Assembly: GCA_964364455.1 (NCBI GenBank)
Contig: CAYIMR010000003.1
Location: forward strand, 23-64,022
Length of the DNA: 64,000 nucleotides
Source: an uncultured Planctomycetales bacterium
GTDB lineage: Bacteria > Omnitrophota > Gorgyraeia > Zapsychrales > Zapsychraceae
Reading direction: 5' to 3'
Made by a program: the position numbers and the translations under genes
Part shown: piece after piece, positions 42,508 through 48,978 of the stretch
How the letters are laid out: each line of letters opens with the position of its first letter
Numbering within the stretch: the stretch's first letter is position 1
Notes under the pieces: generated by a model
The model's input: only the letters and a program-made list of their open reading frames with translations
What the model was told of the DNA's origin: nothing
Databases searched by the model: none

Positions 42508-42882
42508 ATGATCGCCACACACGCTAAAAAAACCATACAAGATATTGATGACAAGTCACTGCGGACAGAGCTGCCCGATTTCAAGGTCGGCGACGCGGTC
42601 AAGATGAAGGTCAAAGTGCGCGAGGCCGACAAGGTCCGCCTGCACCCCTTTGAAGGCACCGTCATCAGCAAGACCGGCAGGGGAGTAAAGAGCACCTTTA
42701 CCGTGCGCAAGATCTCCTTTGGAGAAGGAGTCGAGAGGATATTCCCGATCCATTCACCGGTCATCGACAGTTTCCAGGTCGTCAGCAAAGGCGTTACCGA
42801 GCGTTCCAAGCTGTATTATTTAAGAGGACGCACCGGCAAAGCCGCCCGCGTTAAGAAAGAACAAGCGTCGGTCCAACAGTAA
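42508..42882 (+). CDS. rplS: 50S ribosomal protein L19
   Basis: ...PDFKVGDAVKMKVKVREADKVRLHPFEGTVISKTGRG..STFTVRKISFGEGVERIFPIHSP. Confidence 0.95.
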   Translation: MIATHAKKTIQDIDDKSLRTELPDFKVGDAVKMKVKVREADKVRLHPFEGTVISKTGRGVKSTFTVRKISFGEGVERIFPIHSPVIDSFQVVSKGVTERSKLYYLRGRTGKAARVKKEQASVQQ

Positions 42883-42887
42883 TCTTT

Positions 42888-42957
42888 GTATCTCGTATTT
42901 TGTATCTCGCATTCGTTTTAATAGCGACGAGATACGAGCGACGGTATACGAAATACG
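42888..42957 (+). terminator. Nested imperfect hairpin with a direct TGTATCTCG repeat after rplS, a likely terminator or RNA structure
   Basis: GTATCTCG (42902-42909) pairs with CGAGATAC (42928-42935). CGTATTT (42894-42900) pairs with AAATACG (42951-42957). TGTATCTCG occurs twice (42888 and 42901). Confidence 0.4.
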
Positions 42958-42965
42958 TGTAAAAT

Positions 42966-43592
42966 ATGCTGGAACTTGAGGATAAGACCAGAAAAGCTGG
43001 TTTTAACCTCGTCATCGGTGTCGATGAGGCGGGCCGGGGCCCACTGGCCGGCCCGGTGGTCGCGGCCGCCGTTGCCTTGCGCCGATTCGACTTCTCCGTC
43101 CCCATCCGTGATTCCAAAAAACTCTCCCATGTCCAGCGCGAAGAGGCCTTTCATGAAATTTATCAGCGCGCGTACGTCGGCGTCGGAATGATCAGCGAAA
43201 GCGTCATCGATCAGGCCGATATCCTGCAAGCCACGTTTTTTGCGATGCATAACGCCGTTGTCGATCTCATCGCGTGGCTCCCTCCGGCAAAAACTAAACA
43301 GAAAAATTTCATCCAGGGAGTATGTCTCCTTGTTGATGGCAATTGTTTCCGCTCTGACCTGCCGTACAAGTTCAAGACGATCATCAAAGGAGACGAGCAC
43401 GTTCTCTCCATTGCCTGCGCTTCCATTGTGGCAAAAGTGACGCGCGACCGGGCCCTTAATATGTACCACCGCGTTTATCCGGGATATGGGTTCAGCCAGC
43501 ACAAAGGTTACCCGACGCTGAAGCACAAAGCGGCCATCCGGCGTCTGGGCCCGTCGCTGATCCAGCGCCGAACGTTCCAGTGCCAGCTATGA
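42966..43592 (+). CDS. rnhB: Ribonuclease HII
   Basis: VIGVDEAGRGPLAGPVVAAAV...DSKKLS...LVDGN...KGDEHVLSIACASIVAKVTRD...GYPT. Confidence 0.93.
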   Translation: MLELEDKTRKAGFNLVIGVDEAGRGPLAGPVVAAAVALRRFDFSVPIRDSKKLSHVQREEAFHEIYQRAYVGVGMISESVIDQADILQATFFAMHNAVVDLIAWLPPAKTKQKNFIQGVCLLVDGNCFRSDLPYKFKTIIKGDEHVLSIACASIVAKVTRDRALNMYHRVYPGYGFSQHKGYPTLKHKAAIRRLGPSLIQRRTFQCQL

Positions 43593-43957
43593 CGCACGAA
43601 CGCCTTGATCTGGGAAGGCTGGGGGAAGAACAGGCGGTGGCGCGGCTGAAAAAAGAGGGCTACCGCGTTATCGCGCGCAACTACCGCAACACCTTTGGCG
43701 AGATTGATATCATTGCCCAAGACGGCAAGACGTTATGTTTTGTGGAAGTGCGCACCCGCACCAAAGACTGGCACGGGCATCCCTTTGAATCGATTTCCTC
43801 AATAAAACAAAAAAAGATCATTCGCGCGGCGCGGGCCTATCTGGCGCGGGAAGACGCCGAAGACACCGACGCGCGCTTTGACGTCGTGGCCGTGATCCCC
43901 GATGAGGCCGGCGGCTTTACGGTCGAACTCATCAAAAACGCATTTGAAGTGGAGTGA
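43589..43957 (+). CDS. yraN: YraN-family (UPF0102) predicted endonuclease
   Basis: LGRLGEEQAVARLKKEGYRVIARNYRNTFGEIDIIAQDGKTLCFVEVRTR. ATGA overlap with rnhB (canonical rnhB-yraN synteny). Confidence 0.88.
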   Translation: MTHERLDLGRLGEEQAVARLKKEGYRVIARNYRNTFGEIDIIAQDGKTLCFVEVRTRTKDWHGHPFESISSIKQKKIIRAARAYLAREDAEDTDARFDVVAVIPDEAGGFTVELIKNAFEVE

Positions 43958-43960
43958 GCC

Positions 43961-43981
43961 CGGACACTCCGGGAGTGTCCG
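43961..43981 (+). terminator. Hairpin after yraN
   Basis: CGGACACT-CCGGG-AGTGTCCG, followed by TT. Confidence 0.35.
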
Positions 43982-43994
43982 TTGGCCATTGCGG

Positions 43995-44056
43995 GAAATA
44001 AGGGGACACGGAAATAAGGGGACAGAAATAAGGGGACACAGAAATAAGGGGACACG
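43995..44056. repeat. Four tandem copies of a 14-16 bp unit, GAAATAAGGGGACA(C)(N)
   Basis: Units at 43995-44010, 44011-24, 44025-40 and 44041-56, read directly from the sequence. Confidence 0.9.
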
Positions 44057-44090
44057 ATACTTAATTGAGGTGAGTTAAGTATTGTGTCCC
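44049..44090. repeat. Inverted repeat GGGACACGATACTTAA / TTAAGTATTGTGTCCC with a 10-nt spacer
   Basis: Arms at 44049-44064 and 44075-44090 with one G/T difference. The right arm is the exact reverse complement of 1499-1514. Confidence 0.9.
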
Positions 44091-44124
44091 GAATAATATG
44101 CCCCGAATAACATGGGAGATTGTT

Positions 44125-44685
44125 ATGCGTAAAAAAAATGTTGTAATCATGCTATTTGTCTTTGCGGGGATCATCGTTATCGTATACATGGGTGTTCTGA
44201 TCCCGCTCGCAGACAGCGAGGCAGGGCCTGTTTGCACCGCGGAGGCGAAGCTGTGTCCGGATGGTTCTTATGTCGGCAGGGTTTCTGCGCATTGTAAATT
44301 TGCGCCATGCCCCGGCAAGGATCTTCCCGCCGAATCCGCGCCGGGAGACTTTGGGTTTGAACAAGAAGTTGCCGCCAGCGGAATCGCGGGAGATGTGGTG
44401 CTGGGGCCCCTGTGTCCTGTTATAGGGCCCGGCATGGAAGAACAATGCGCGGACAAGGGCTATCAGACAACGCTTGTTGTTGAGGCCAAAGATGGAGGGC
44501 AGGAAGTTGCGCGAGTTCAATCCGGCGTGGATGGCCGATTTCGCGTTGTCCTTGCGCCGGGAGAATATATCGTCGCGCCCCTGTCTGGTGCCAGGCCATT
44601 ACCCAACTGTGAGATGCAATTTGTTACAGTCGAGCCGGGTCAATTCGCCCCGATGATGATCCATTGCGATACAGGCATGAGATAA
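44125..44685 (+). CDS. Hypothetical secreted or membrane-anchored Cys-rich protein
   Basis: MRKKNVVIMLFVFAGIIVIVYMGVLI anchor, then CTAEAKLCPDGSYVGRVSAHCKFAPCP, then a beta-rich region (...GVDGRFRVVLAPGEYIV, carboxypeptidase-regulatory-like flavour). ATG 44125 follows GGGAGA. Confidence 0.55.
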   Translation: MRKKNVVIMLFVFAGIIVIVYMGVLIPLADSEAGPVCTAEAKLCPDGSYVGRVSAHCKFAPCPGKDLPAESAPGDFGFEQEVAASGIAGDVVLGPLCPVIGPGMEEQCADKGYQTTLVVEAKDGGQEVARVQSGVDGRFRVVLAPGEYIVAPLSGARPLPNCEMQFVTVEPGQFAPMMIHCDTGMR

Positions 44686-44783
44686 ATTTTCTATCAAGGC
44701 CCTATGGTACGTGCGCCAGCGCCAGACGTTTGCCAGACGTTTGCCGGATTGCCTTTTGGGAGTTAACCTGTTAATATAAAGAA

Positions 44784-45125
44784 ATGAAAATTATAACAAA
44801 AACGTTGTCCCTGGATGAACTCAAAGAAATGGCTGCCGCGACATTTGGTGATATGGTCAAGGCCGTTGTCGACATCGAGCGGGGCATTTTTGCGGTTGAC
44901 GCTGAACTGCATTCTGATCTGGAGGCCGCGCTACTGCAGGACGGCTCAAAACAGAGAAATTTGTGGGGCATTAACCTTTATCCGGAAACTCCCGATGAGG
45001 ATTTTATCGAATTTGATTCCATGATCAACGTCCGTCCTTCACAAGGCAACCGAAGCCGGGGGGTTGAAGACGAAGGCCTGCGCGCAAGAATTCTGGAAAT
45101 TGTCAACCAAAGGGTGCCCAGATGA
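44784..45125 (+). CDS. Small conserved protein of unknown function, resembling DUF5674 as I recall it
   Basis: ...FGDMVKAVVDIERGIFAVDAELHSDLEAALLQDGSKQRNLWGINLYPE...FIEFDSMINVRPSQGNRSRGVEDEGLRARI. The family assignment is from memory and needs an HMM check. Confidence 0.55.
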   Translation: MKIITKTLSLDELKEMAAATFGDMVKAVVDIERGIFAVDAELHSDLEAALLQDGSKQRNLWGINLYPETPDEDFIEFDSMINVRPSQGNRSRGVEDEGLRARILEIVNQRVPR

Positions 45126-45448
45126 TCGTCCAGCATAAAAAGCTTGCCGCCGGCCGGTGGGAAGAATTCCGGCTTATTGAGCAAATGGCCCATGTCGGAA
45201 GCGAGGTGGAGAGGGCATTGAACTGGAAAGCGAAGAATAACCTTGAACGGTCGGCCAAAGCCTTCGACCGCGCGCTCGAACTATTGGACTTGACCCTTGA
45301 CTGTCCCCGCAACCGGCCGCGCCTTAAAGAGATCGCCAGGGCGCGGGAAGTTTGTGTGGACTTTTTTCAGGGTGAGAATCAATTTGCCTCTTCCGGGGAT
45401 TCCCTGCGAAAATATTTTCTGCAATTCGCCTGCGCCGCGCGCCGATAG
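45122..45448 (+). CDS. Small all-helical hypothetical protein, translationally coupled to the preceding gene
   Basis: ATGA overlap at 45122-45125. ...RWEEFRLIEQMAHVGSEVERALNWKAKNN...AFDRALELLDLTL... No family confidently recognised. Confidence 0.5.
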   Translation: MIVQHKKLAAGRWEEFRLIEQMAHVGSEVERALNWKAKNNLERSAKAFDRALELLDLTLDCPRNRPRLKEIARAREVCVDFFQGENQFASSGDSLRKYFLQFACAARR

Positions 45449-45491
45449 ACTCCCTCAGGGAGGCAGAAATCAGATTCCCGCGTAAACGCGG

Positions 45492-45530
45492 GAATTCAAA
45501 TTGTGCGGAAACGCACGAATTCAAAAAGCG
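45492..45530. repeat. Direct repeat copy a (GAATTCAAATTGTGCGGAA ... CACGAATTCAAAAAGCG)
   Basis: The exact 19-mer 45492-45510 equals 46268-46286. The exact 17-mer 45514-45530 equals 46290-46306. Confidence 0.9.
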
Positions 45531-45549
45531 TCCGCGAAATAACCTCGGC

Positions 45550-45578
45550 TTGACAAATCGTGCGGCGTCATTTAAGCT
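45550..45578 (+). promoter_or_regulatory. Sigma70-like promoter upstream of the ORF6N gene
   Basis: TTGACA (45550-45555), a 17-nt spacer, then TAAGCT (45573-45578). Confidence 0.45.
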
Positions 45579-45635
45579 TTAGGCAATAATCCGTCCCCCT
45601 ATCGATTCTCCATAAAATTGAAAGGGGGATTTTTT

Positions 45636-46166
45636 ATGTCCAGCGACGGTACGCTGCAACACATCATTGAAAGCAAGATTTTCCTGTTCAGAGGAGAAAA
45701 GGTAATGCTTGATAAGGACCTGGCCGCGCTTTATCAAGTCAGGCCGATCGCTTTGCGCCAGCAAGTGGCGCGCAACAAGGAGCGTTTCCCTGACGATTTC
45801 ATGTTTCGGCTCAATGACGATGAGGTCACAGAGCTGGTATCACAAAATGTGATACCCTCCAAAAGCACCCTGGGAGGCCATAACCCGTATGTCTTTACCG
45901 AACAGGGTGTGGCCATGCTCTCCAGTGTTTTGCGCAGCCCCCGGGCGGTTTTGGTAAACGTCCAGATCATGCGGACGTTCGTCAAGCTCCGCAAGATCCT
46001 GGCAAGCCACAAAGAGCTGGCCCGCAAGCTGGAAGAGCTTGAAAAGAAATATGACGTCCAGTTCAGGGCCGTGTTTGATGCGATCCGGCGGCTGATGAAG
46101 GAAGAGGAAAAACCCAAAGCGCCCTTTGGATTCCACTCGCAAAGACCCCGCCAACTTACGCCTTGA
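45636..46166 (+). CDS. ORF6N (KilA-N-related) domain DNA-binding protein
   Basis: IFLFRGEKVMLDKDLAALYQVRPIALRQQVARNKERFPDDFMFRLNDDEV...NPYVFTEQGVAMLSSVLRSPRAVLVNVQIMRTFVKLR matches the ORF6N domain pattern. ATG 45636 follows AAGGGGGA (track start 45618 is TTG). Confidence 0.8.
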   Translation: MSSDGTLQHIIESKIFLFRGEKVMLDKDLAALYQVRPIALRQQVARNKERFPDDFMFRLNDDEVTELVSQNVIPSKSTLGGHNPYVFTEQGVAMLSSVLRSPRAVLVNVQIMRTFVKLRKILASHKELARKLEELEKKYDVQFRAVFDAIRRLMKEEEKPKAPFGFHSQRPRQLTP

Positions 46167-46241
46167 CCTTTCGCGCGAAATTCCCTACTATTGTCTTATC
46201 CGCGCCGGCGAACGAGCGTTCAGAATTTTGTCCCGGGACGA

Positions 46242-46324
46242 GAATTCAAATTGTTGCGGAACGGCAAGAATTCAAATTGTGCGGAATATCACGAATTCAA
46301 AAAGCGGCCAAGTGGCCGCAATTG
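46242..46324. repeat. Direct repeat copies b and c, plus the GCCGCAATTG tail
   Basis: GAATTCAAATTGTTGCGGAACGGC (46242-46265) resembles 46585-46609. The stretches 46268-46306 duplicate 45492-45530. GCCGCAATTG at 46315-46324 equals 46616-46625. Confidence 0.9.
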
Positions 46325-46332
46325 CGATGAAT

Positions 46333-46421
46333 ATGAATAGGAGGCGTTACTATGAATAGGAGGCGTTACTGGTGGTGCCGGGCTAGGTTTAGTGCAGCGT
46401 GGCACTGGCAGTAACGCCTCC
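46333..46421 (+). repeat. Tandem 19-bp duplication (ATGAATAGGAGGCGTTACT x2), followed by a 13-bp-stem hairpin
   Basis: Units at 46333-46351 and 46352-46370. GGAGGCGTTACTG (46359-46371) pairs with CAGTAACGCCTCC (46409-46421). There is an inner stem GGTGCC/GGCACT. Confidence 0.85.
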
Positions 46422-46584
46422 GTAAAACCCCAAAAATAAATGGGAGGGGGATGAATCACGCTTTTTTAATTTGCTACCTAGCAGTTCTGCTTTTAGGAGG
46501 CATTGGGAATTGAGGAGTTTTAAGTTGTGAGCAGTGACCATGGCAACACTGGGTGTTACTGCGCGTCATTTCTGACACGCGTCA

Positions 46585-46625
46585 GAAATTCAAATTCTTG
46601 CGGAACGGCCACATAGCCGCAATTG
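46585..46625. repeat. Direct repeat copy d, abutting the AT-rich orphan gene
   Basis: GAAATTCAAATTCTTGCGGAACGGC...GCCGCAATTG. It is preceded by the 9-bp hairpin ATTTCTGAC-ACGC-GTCAGAAAT (46568-46589). Confidence 0.85.
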
Positions 46626-46673
46626 GGAACCAGAAAAAACCTGTCCTCATTACGACAAAAAGAGTTGAGCAAT

Positions 46674-47462
46674 ATGGTTAAAATAACGGTAGATAACAAT
46701 TTTTTTAACACTGAGTTATTGACAAATCCAAGACCACTAGGAGATTTTGATAATGATAGGATATCATTTTATCCTTCCTTCGAATTAATAGGCGAATTTT
46801 TGTCTATGTATGGGACACAAAAGGGGAACGAAAGATTGCGGAGATATTCAGAAATATTTCTTCAAATGAACCCCAAGCGCATTATAAATTCTTGGCGAGA
46901 TTTATTGTTGAATCAACTAGGAATTCAACAAAGTCAACTTTATGTGGATGAGAGATTAGAAGATTCCTTGCGCCAGATTTTGCATAAATTAGCGCAAAGT
47001 CAAAGTCTTAATATAGAAGAAGAGGATTCCATTGTTAAAATTAAAGAAAGGGTGAATTCTGGAAAGAAGACAATGGGAATTAGGTATGAGGAGGCAAAAA
47101 GTTTATATAAAATACAAAATAATTATCGAGACTTCGAAGATTTCTACAGCAGAAGAGGAGATGTTATACAAAAAGCTATTATTAAGAAAATATTCCAAGA
47201 CAATCAGGTCCCTATTAATGATTCGAGTATCATCGAAATAATTAACGCTTTGGACACTAAACCTTATTTGAATTTATATTCCAGGATCTATTCAGCCTTT
47301 GTGTTTTACCACTATATAACAAATCAAAATAATCAAAAAATCGATGGTAATGATTTTTATGACCACCTCTACCTTATTTATCTTGTTGATGTTGATTACC
47401 TGATAACATATGAACGCAGGTTAAAAACATTGGCTGAATTAGTTTTCCCCGGGGAAAACTAA
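46674..47462 (+). CDS. Orphan hypothetical protein in a strongly AT-rich segment
   Basis: Long ORF with N/I/K/Y-rich composition. I counted 18 G+C in the 60 nt starting at 46681, against 34 in the 60 nt starting at 48121. Start is ATG 46674, or TTG 46623. The C-terminal ...GNDFYDHLYLIYLVDVDYLITYERRLKTLAE is only faintly PIN-like. Confidence 0.55.
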   Translation: MVKITVDNNFFNTELLTNPRPLGDFDNDRISFYPSFELIGEFLSMYGTQKGNERLRRYSEIFLQMNPKRIINSWRDLLLNQLGIQQSQLYVDERLEDSLRQILHKLAQSQSLNIEEEDSIVKIKERVNSGKKTMGIRYEEAKSLYKIQNNYRDFEDFYSRRGDVIQKAIIKKIFQDNQVPINDSSIIEIINALDTKPYLNLYSRIYSAFVFYHYITNQNNQKIDGNDFYDHLYLIYLVDVDYLITYERRLKTLAELVFPGEN

Positions 47463-47483
47463 GTAGGAAAAATAACCTTTGAA

Positions 47484-47512
47484 GTTGAATAAGCGCGGGG
47501 TTTGGGTTATGA
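47484..47512 (+). promoter_or_regulatory. Sigma70-like promoter for the fchA-like/folD operon
   Basis: TTGAAT, a 17-nt spacer (AAGCGCGGGGTTTGGGT), then TATGAT, read from the sequence at about 47484-47512. Confidence 0.45.
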
Positions 47513-47619
47513 TGAGCGCATGTAAATTTACAGTTTCCGAGGATCCGCGGAACCGGATATCCGGGGATCCGGATCTCCTAGTCGCGGATCACCAGTTGTC
47601 CGGATAACCTGTTGCAACT

Positions 47620-48105
47620 ATGAAACCTTTCAAAAATTACACTTTAGCAGAATACACCCGCGTCTTGTCGCTCAAGGTCCCTGCCCCGGGCGGCGGGTCG
47701 GCGGCGGCGTTGACGGCGGCGCTGGGCGCGGCGCTTCTGTCCATGGTCGCGAATTATTCGCTGGGGAAAACGTCATCCCGCACCAACGAGCAAAAGATAA
47801 AAGCCAGCCTTAAAACAAGCGAACAGTTGCGTAAACGTTTTTTACAGCTTGTCGATCTCGACGCCCGGGCGTATTTGAACGTTGTCAAGACGCGCAAGGT
47901 CGCGCCGGCGAAGCGTATCGCGGCACGGCGCAAGGCGGCCGAGGTGCCACTGGAGATCTGCAAGCTTTGCTACAAAGCGGTGCAATTGTCGCCGGCCCTG
48001 GTCCGCTACGGCAACAAGCACTTGATTTCGGACGTGAAGGTCGCTCTGGAACTTCTTCTGGCCGCCTTCAACGCCGCCCGCGTCAACGTGGAGATCAACC
48101 AATGA
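47620..48105 (+). CDS. Cyclodeaminase/cyclohydrolase family protein (FchA/FTCD C-terminal-like, methenyl-THF cyclohydrolase type)
   Basis: ...LSLKVPAPGGGSAAALTAALGAALLSMVANYSLGK... is the signature of this family. ATGA overlap with folD. Confidence 0.8.
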   Translation: MKPFKNYTLAEYTRVLSLKVPAPGGGSAAALTAALGAALLSMVANYSLGKTSSRTNEQKIKASLKTSEQLRKRFLQLVDLDARAYLNVVKTRKVAPAKRIAARRKAAEVPLEICKLCYKAVQLSPALVRYGNKHLISDVKVALELLLAAFNAARVNVEINQ

Positions 48106-48977
48106 ACGCCACCGCGCACATCCTCGACGGTACGGCCCTGGCCAAAAAGCTCAAGGACGAACTGAAAAAGGAAGTGGCGCGCCTGAAAGCGGATTTCGGC
48201 GGCGTGCCGCATCTCGTTAACGTGATGGTGGGCTCTGACCCCGGCTCCTGCGCCTACGCCAATGCGCAAAAAAAGGTCGCCGAATACATCGGCATCAAAT
48301 ATGAACTGAAGATCCTCTCGCAGAACACGACCCAGGCAAAACTGATCAGCGTCATCAAGGAGCTCGATGCCGATTCCGGCGTGCACGGCATCATGATCCA
48401 TAAACCAATTCCCGAACAGATCGATTACCGCGCCGTGGCCAACTACGTGGCCTCGTCCAAAGACCTCGAAGGCGTCAACGTCATCAATATCGGCAAGATG
48501 ATGCTGGGTCAAACGCGCATCATCCCCTGCACACCGGCTGCGGTCATGGAGCATATCCGCTCCACGGGCGTCAAACTGCGCGGGAAAGAAGCCGTCGTGG
48601 TCGGGCACAGCGAGATCGTCGGCAAACCTTTAAGCCTGCTTTTGCTCGCCCAGGACGCGACCGTCACCGTGTGTCATCTGGCCACCACTCAGGCCGGACG
48701 GCTGGTTGAGCACGTGGGGTGCGCCGATATCCTGGTCGTGGCGGTGGGGAAGCCCGCGCTCATCAAAGGCGAATGGATCAAGGAAGGCGCCATTGTCATT
48801 GACGTGGGGATCAATAAAGTGGGCTCCGCAATCGTCGGCGACGTGGAATTTAAAAGAGCGAGCGGACGGGCGTCATTTATCACGCCCGTGCCCGGCGGTG
48901 TGGGGCCGGTGACGGTCGTCATGCTCATGCGTAACGGTATTGAGGCATTCAAGATCCAACAGGAGGCGAAGCGTTAA
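48102..48977 (+). CDS. folD: Bifunctional methylene-THF dehydrogenase / methenyl-THF cyclohydrolase
   Basis: ILDGTALAKKLKDELKKEV...GSDPGSCAYANAQKK...GIMIHKPIP...PCTPAAVMEHI...VVGHSEIVGKPLSLLL...ITPVPGGVGPVTVVML. Confidence 0.93.
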   Translation: MNATAHILDGTALAKKLKDELKKEVARLKADFGGVPHLVNVMVGSDPGSCAYANAQKKVAEYIGIKYELKILSQNTTQAKLISVIKELDADSGVHGIMIHKPIPEQIDYRAVANYVASSKDLEGVNVINIGKMMLGQTRIIPCTPAAVMEHIRSTGVKLRGKEAVVVGHSEIVGKPLSLLLLAQDATVTVCHLATTQAGRLVEHVGCADILVVAVGKPALIKGEWIKEGAIVIDVGINKVGSAIVGDVEFKRASGRASFITPVPGGVGPVTVVMLMRNGIEAFKIQQEAKR

Positions 48978-48978
48978 T

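Noticed and set aside
43995-44056. Possible CRISPR array (regularly repeated GAAATAAGGGGACA units)
   Set aside because: The units are 14-16 bp and directly abutting, with no spacers, and there are no cas genes in the window. It is a simple tandem repeat.
46126-46359. A 77-aa + strand ORF after the ORF6N gene
   Set aside because: It overlaps the ORF6N 3' end, runs through the direct-repeat copies, and has no RBS. It is an artefact of the repeat region.
47513-47619. ZTP (pfl) or THF riboswitch upstream of fchA/folD
   Set aside because: The conserved ZTP elements (GGGUCGUG..., CCGCCUGGGCA) and THF riboswitch core sequences are not present. Only generic palindromes are seen.
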